A DNA stretch of 64,000 bases from Acidobacteriota bacterium (lineage in GTDB: Bacteria; Acidobacteriota; CAIWXX01). Shown here in pieces: positions 61,758 through 64,000 of the stretch (positions within the stretch are counted from its first letter, which is position 1; each line of letters starts with the position of its first letter). The stretch covers positions 128,001-192,000 of the forward strand of contig JBFMAF010000028.1 of assembly GCA_040755995.1 (NCBI GenBank). The letters run 5' to 3'. The notes below the pieces were generated by a model. The model saw nothing but the letters and a program-made list of their open reading frames with translations. It searched no databases and had not been told where the DNA came from. The position numbers and the translations under genes are program-made.

Positions 61758-62926
61758 GGCTTCACCTGAAGACTCGCCAGCAGGCTCTTGGCCTCCGCGT
61801 AGGTCGGATCGCGCTCCAACGCCTTCATCACGGATTCAAGCGCCTCCTTTCGCTTCCCTTGCGCGATCCGGCTGCGCGCCAGCGCAGTGTAAAACGCCGG
61901 CCGCGGATCCAGTGCGACCGCGCGTTTGTAGCAATCCTCGGCCTCCTTGTAACGACGATACCCGTAGTAGAGATTCCCCAGGTCGTAGCGCAGATACGGA
62001 TTCGTAGGGCTGAACTTCAAAGCCTTGTTGAGCTCGTCTATCGCCTGGGCCGCCTTCCCCTCCTGAAAGAAGATCGCCGCCCGATTGCTGTAGGCCTCCG
62101 CGAAGCGCGGATCGAGCTCCAGCGCCTTCGCGTAGTAGTCCAGCGCCTTCTTGAGCTCGCCGATCCGCTTGTACGTCGTACCCAGGTTGTTGTAGGCATA
62201 GGAGAAATCGGGGTCCACCACTATCGCCGTCTCATAGAGGGCTATCTCGCGTTCCAGCCGCGCGGCCGGATCGGCGCCGGCCGACCTGTACCCCGCTTCG
62301 TAGCCCTTGTTGTTGTAGAAGTGGGCCAGCGCCTCCACGTCGTCTATGATCCGGTACGAATGGTACTGCCTGGTGCCTCTGGGCGAGAAATCGATCAGGC
62401 GCACACGCCCCGCCTCGCTGATCACTCCGCAGATGTGGGAGCTGTGTACGATCACGCCTTCACCCGGGGAACCGCCGCTCGGAGCGTACCGTTCGATCTC
62501 CGTCACGTGGGCGTAGCGCACGTTGATGGAGCTCACGCGGGCCATGCCGACGAACAGGTTCGTCAGAGAGAGGCAGTTGCCCGTTCTGATCCGGAAGACC
62601 TCCCGTGCCGTCTCCGTTACCGCCGGATCGTACTTCAGATCGAGTTTCTTCTTGTCGGTCATCAGGTCGAGCAACGCCTGGATCCGGTCGGTCTGCTGGC
62701 CGGCACCCCGTGCCGCATCGTTCGCCGCAGCGACGATCTCATCATCGAGCTCGAACGGGATCTGGATTCCCGCCGCTCGATCTGCCCCAAGCGTCTTCTC
62801 CAGGCGGGCCCTCAGGGCCCCCAGCGACTCCTCGTAGTAGTTCTTCGACGACAGGGCGCCGGCGCACGCGAGGAGCGTCAACCAGCCCGACAGGAACGTT
62901 CGTGCTTGCATCTGCACAAATCTCAT
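61754..62926 (-). CDS. Exported transglutaminase-like + TPR protein
   Basis: Signal peptide; TA.EVF...GNCLS...F..MAR, SHI, IDF (Cys-His-Asp); C-terminal TPRs. Confidence 0.8.
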   Translation of the reverse strand: MRFVQMQARTFLSGWLTLLACAGALSSKNYYEESLGALRARLEKTLGADRAAGIQIPFELDDEIVAAANDAARGAGQQTDRIQALLDLMTDKKKLDLKYDPAVTETAREVFRIRTGNCLSLTNLFVGMARVSSINVRYAHVTEIERYAPSGGSPGEGVIVHSSHICGVISEAGRVRLIDFSPRGTRQYHSYRIIDDVEALAHFYNNKGYEAGYRSAGADPAARLEREIALYETAIVVDPDFSYAYNNLGTTYKRIGELKKALDYYAKALELDPRFAEAYSNRAAIFFQEGKAAQAIDELNKALKFSPTNPYLRYDLGNLYYGYRRYKEAEDCYKRAVALDPRPAFYTALARSRIAQGKRKEALESVMKALERDPTYAEAKSLLASLQVKP

Positions 62927-63153
62927 ATCATTCGGAGCTCATTCTTTCAACCCGTAATACGCAAGTGGGCAGTGGACAGTTCTCAGTCCTCAACCGGACT
63001 GTGCCGCGCCCATGGTGGTTCTCCATACCCGCGAGCCCTGCTGGCAACCGCCAACTGACAACTGTCAACTTGTTCCAAGTGCTGGTATACTCGGCCGTGG
63101 AGGCAACGCGGGAAGGACCGCGTGAGTATGGAACCGCCGCCGTCCGGACGTCA

Positions 63154-64000
63154 ATGGAGAAGCTTGCCGCCGATCTGCTCGCAGGTAGCCAGCGCGCCGT
63201 TGCGCGCGCGCTGTCGCTCATCGAGAATGACGACTCGGCGGCGCCGGACCTGCTAGCAGCCCTCTATCCGCATACGGGCCGCGCCGAGACGATCGGCATC
63301 ACAGGGCCGCCCGGTGCCGGCAAGTCCACGCTCGTCGACAAGCTGATCACGCTGTACCGCGGAGCCGGCAGGCGGGTCGGCGTTCTCGCCGTCGACCCCA
63401 CCAGCCCGTTCACCGGCGGCGCGCTGCTGGGAGATCGAGTCCGCATGGGGTCCCACGGGCATGATGCAGGCGTGTTCATACGGAGCATGGCGAGCCGCGG
63501 GCATCTCGGGGGGCTCAGCCGGAGCTGCGGCGAGGCGATCCAGGTGCTCGACGCCGCCGGCCTCGAGGTGGTGCTGGTGGAGACGGTCGGGATCGGCCAG
63601 GATGAGGTCGAGATAGCGCGGTTCGCCGATACTACAGTCGTAGTAATCGTGCCGGGGCTGGGCGACGAAGTTCAGGGGCTCAAGGCCGGAGTGATGGAGA
63701 TCGCCGACGTGTTCGTCCTGAACAAGGCGGACAAGCCGGAGGCCGCGAAGGCGGAGCGGGATTTCCTGTCGATACTGGAGCTCCTCGGGGACCGCGACGG
63801 CTGGACGCCGCCGCTGGTCAAGACCGTTGCGCCGAAGCTCGAGACGGTGCGTGGTCTCGTCGAGGCGATCGAAGCGTACCGGAGCCACGCCACGAGCCAG
63901 GGGCTGATCGCGAGGAAGCGGCGGGAGCTGGCTCTGCAGAGCCTGCAGCAGATGCTTGGCGAGGAGATCCAGGAGCGCCTGATGGCGCGCCTCGGCAAGG
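63154..64000 (+). CDS. meaB: Methylmalonyl-CoA mutase-associated GTPase MeaB (3' end outside window)
   Basis: Manual translation: ARALSLIE, GITGPPGAGKST, AVDPTSPFTGGALLGDRVRM, ETVGIGQDE, KAGVMEIAD, NKAD. Confidence 0.95.
   Translation, partial: MEKLAADLLAGSQRAVARALSLIENDDSAAPDLLAALYPHTGRAETIGITGPPGAGKSTLVDKLITLYRGAGRRVGVLAVDPTSPFTGGALLGDRVRMGSHGHDAGVFIRSMASRGHLGGLSRSCGEAIQVLDAAGLEVVLVETVGIGQDEVEIARFADTTVVVIVPGLGDEVQGLKAGVMEIADVFVLNKADKPEAAKAERDFLSILELLGDRDGWTPPLVKTVAPKLETVRGLVEAIEAYRSHATSQGLIARKRRELALQSLQQMLGEEIQERLMARLGK

Overview
High-GC bacterial chromosome segment. The acidobacterial-type VWA protein, pilBTC-pilSR and panBCD point to Acidobacteriota or a related lineage, but this is inference. 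The flanks (1-29.9 kb and 50.2-64 kb) are mostly core genes: an atypical Clp ATPase end, secreted and TPR proteins, a hybrid kinase, tRNA-Arg(CCT), an S8 protease, Hsp20, a glycosyltransferase/UbiA cluster, biotin carboxylase with BCCP, an ECF sigma/anti-sigma pair, methylmalonyl-CoA mutase, type IV pilus genes, panBCD with a probable pan-motif leader, larB and meaB. Between them lies an accessory region of about 20 kb (about 30-50 kb) with many gene remnants. It carries a TIR-NACHT-WD40 NLR-like gene and an HTH-less sigma54-type AAA+ protein. Its most notable content is a compact cluster with three different proteins that each end in tandem ryanodine-receptor (RyR) repeats: a PfkB-like/AAA+ ATPase, a 2TM channel-like RCK protein, and a RelA/SpoT synthetase-TPR-SLOG fusion. 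The cluster also holds a Nudix hydrolase, an IMPase-family phosphatase and a TIR remnant. I propose it as a candidate uncharacterised nucleotide-signalling, ion-channel or defence system. All domain calls come from reading motifs by eye, with no database searches.
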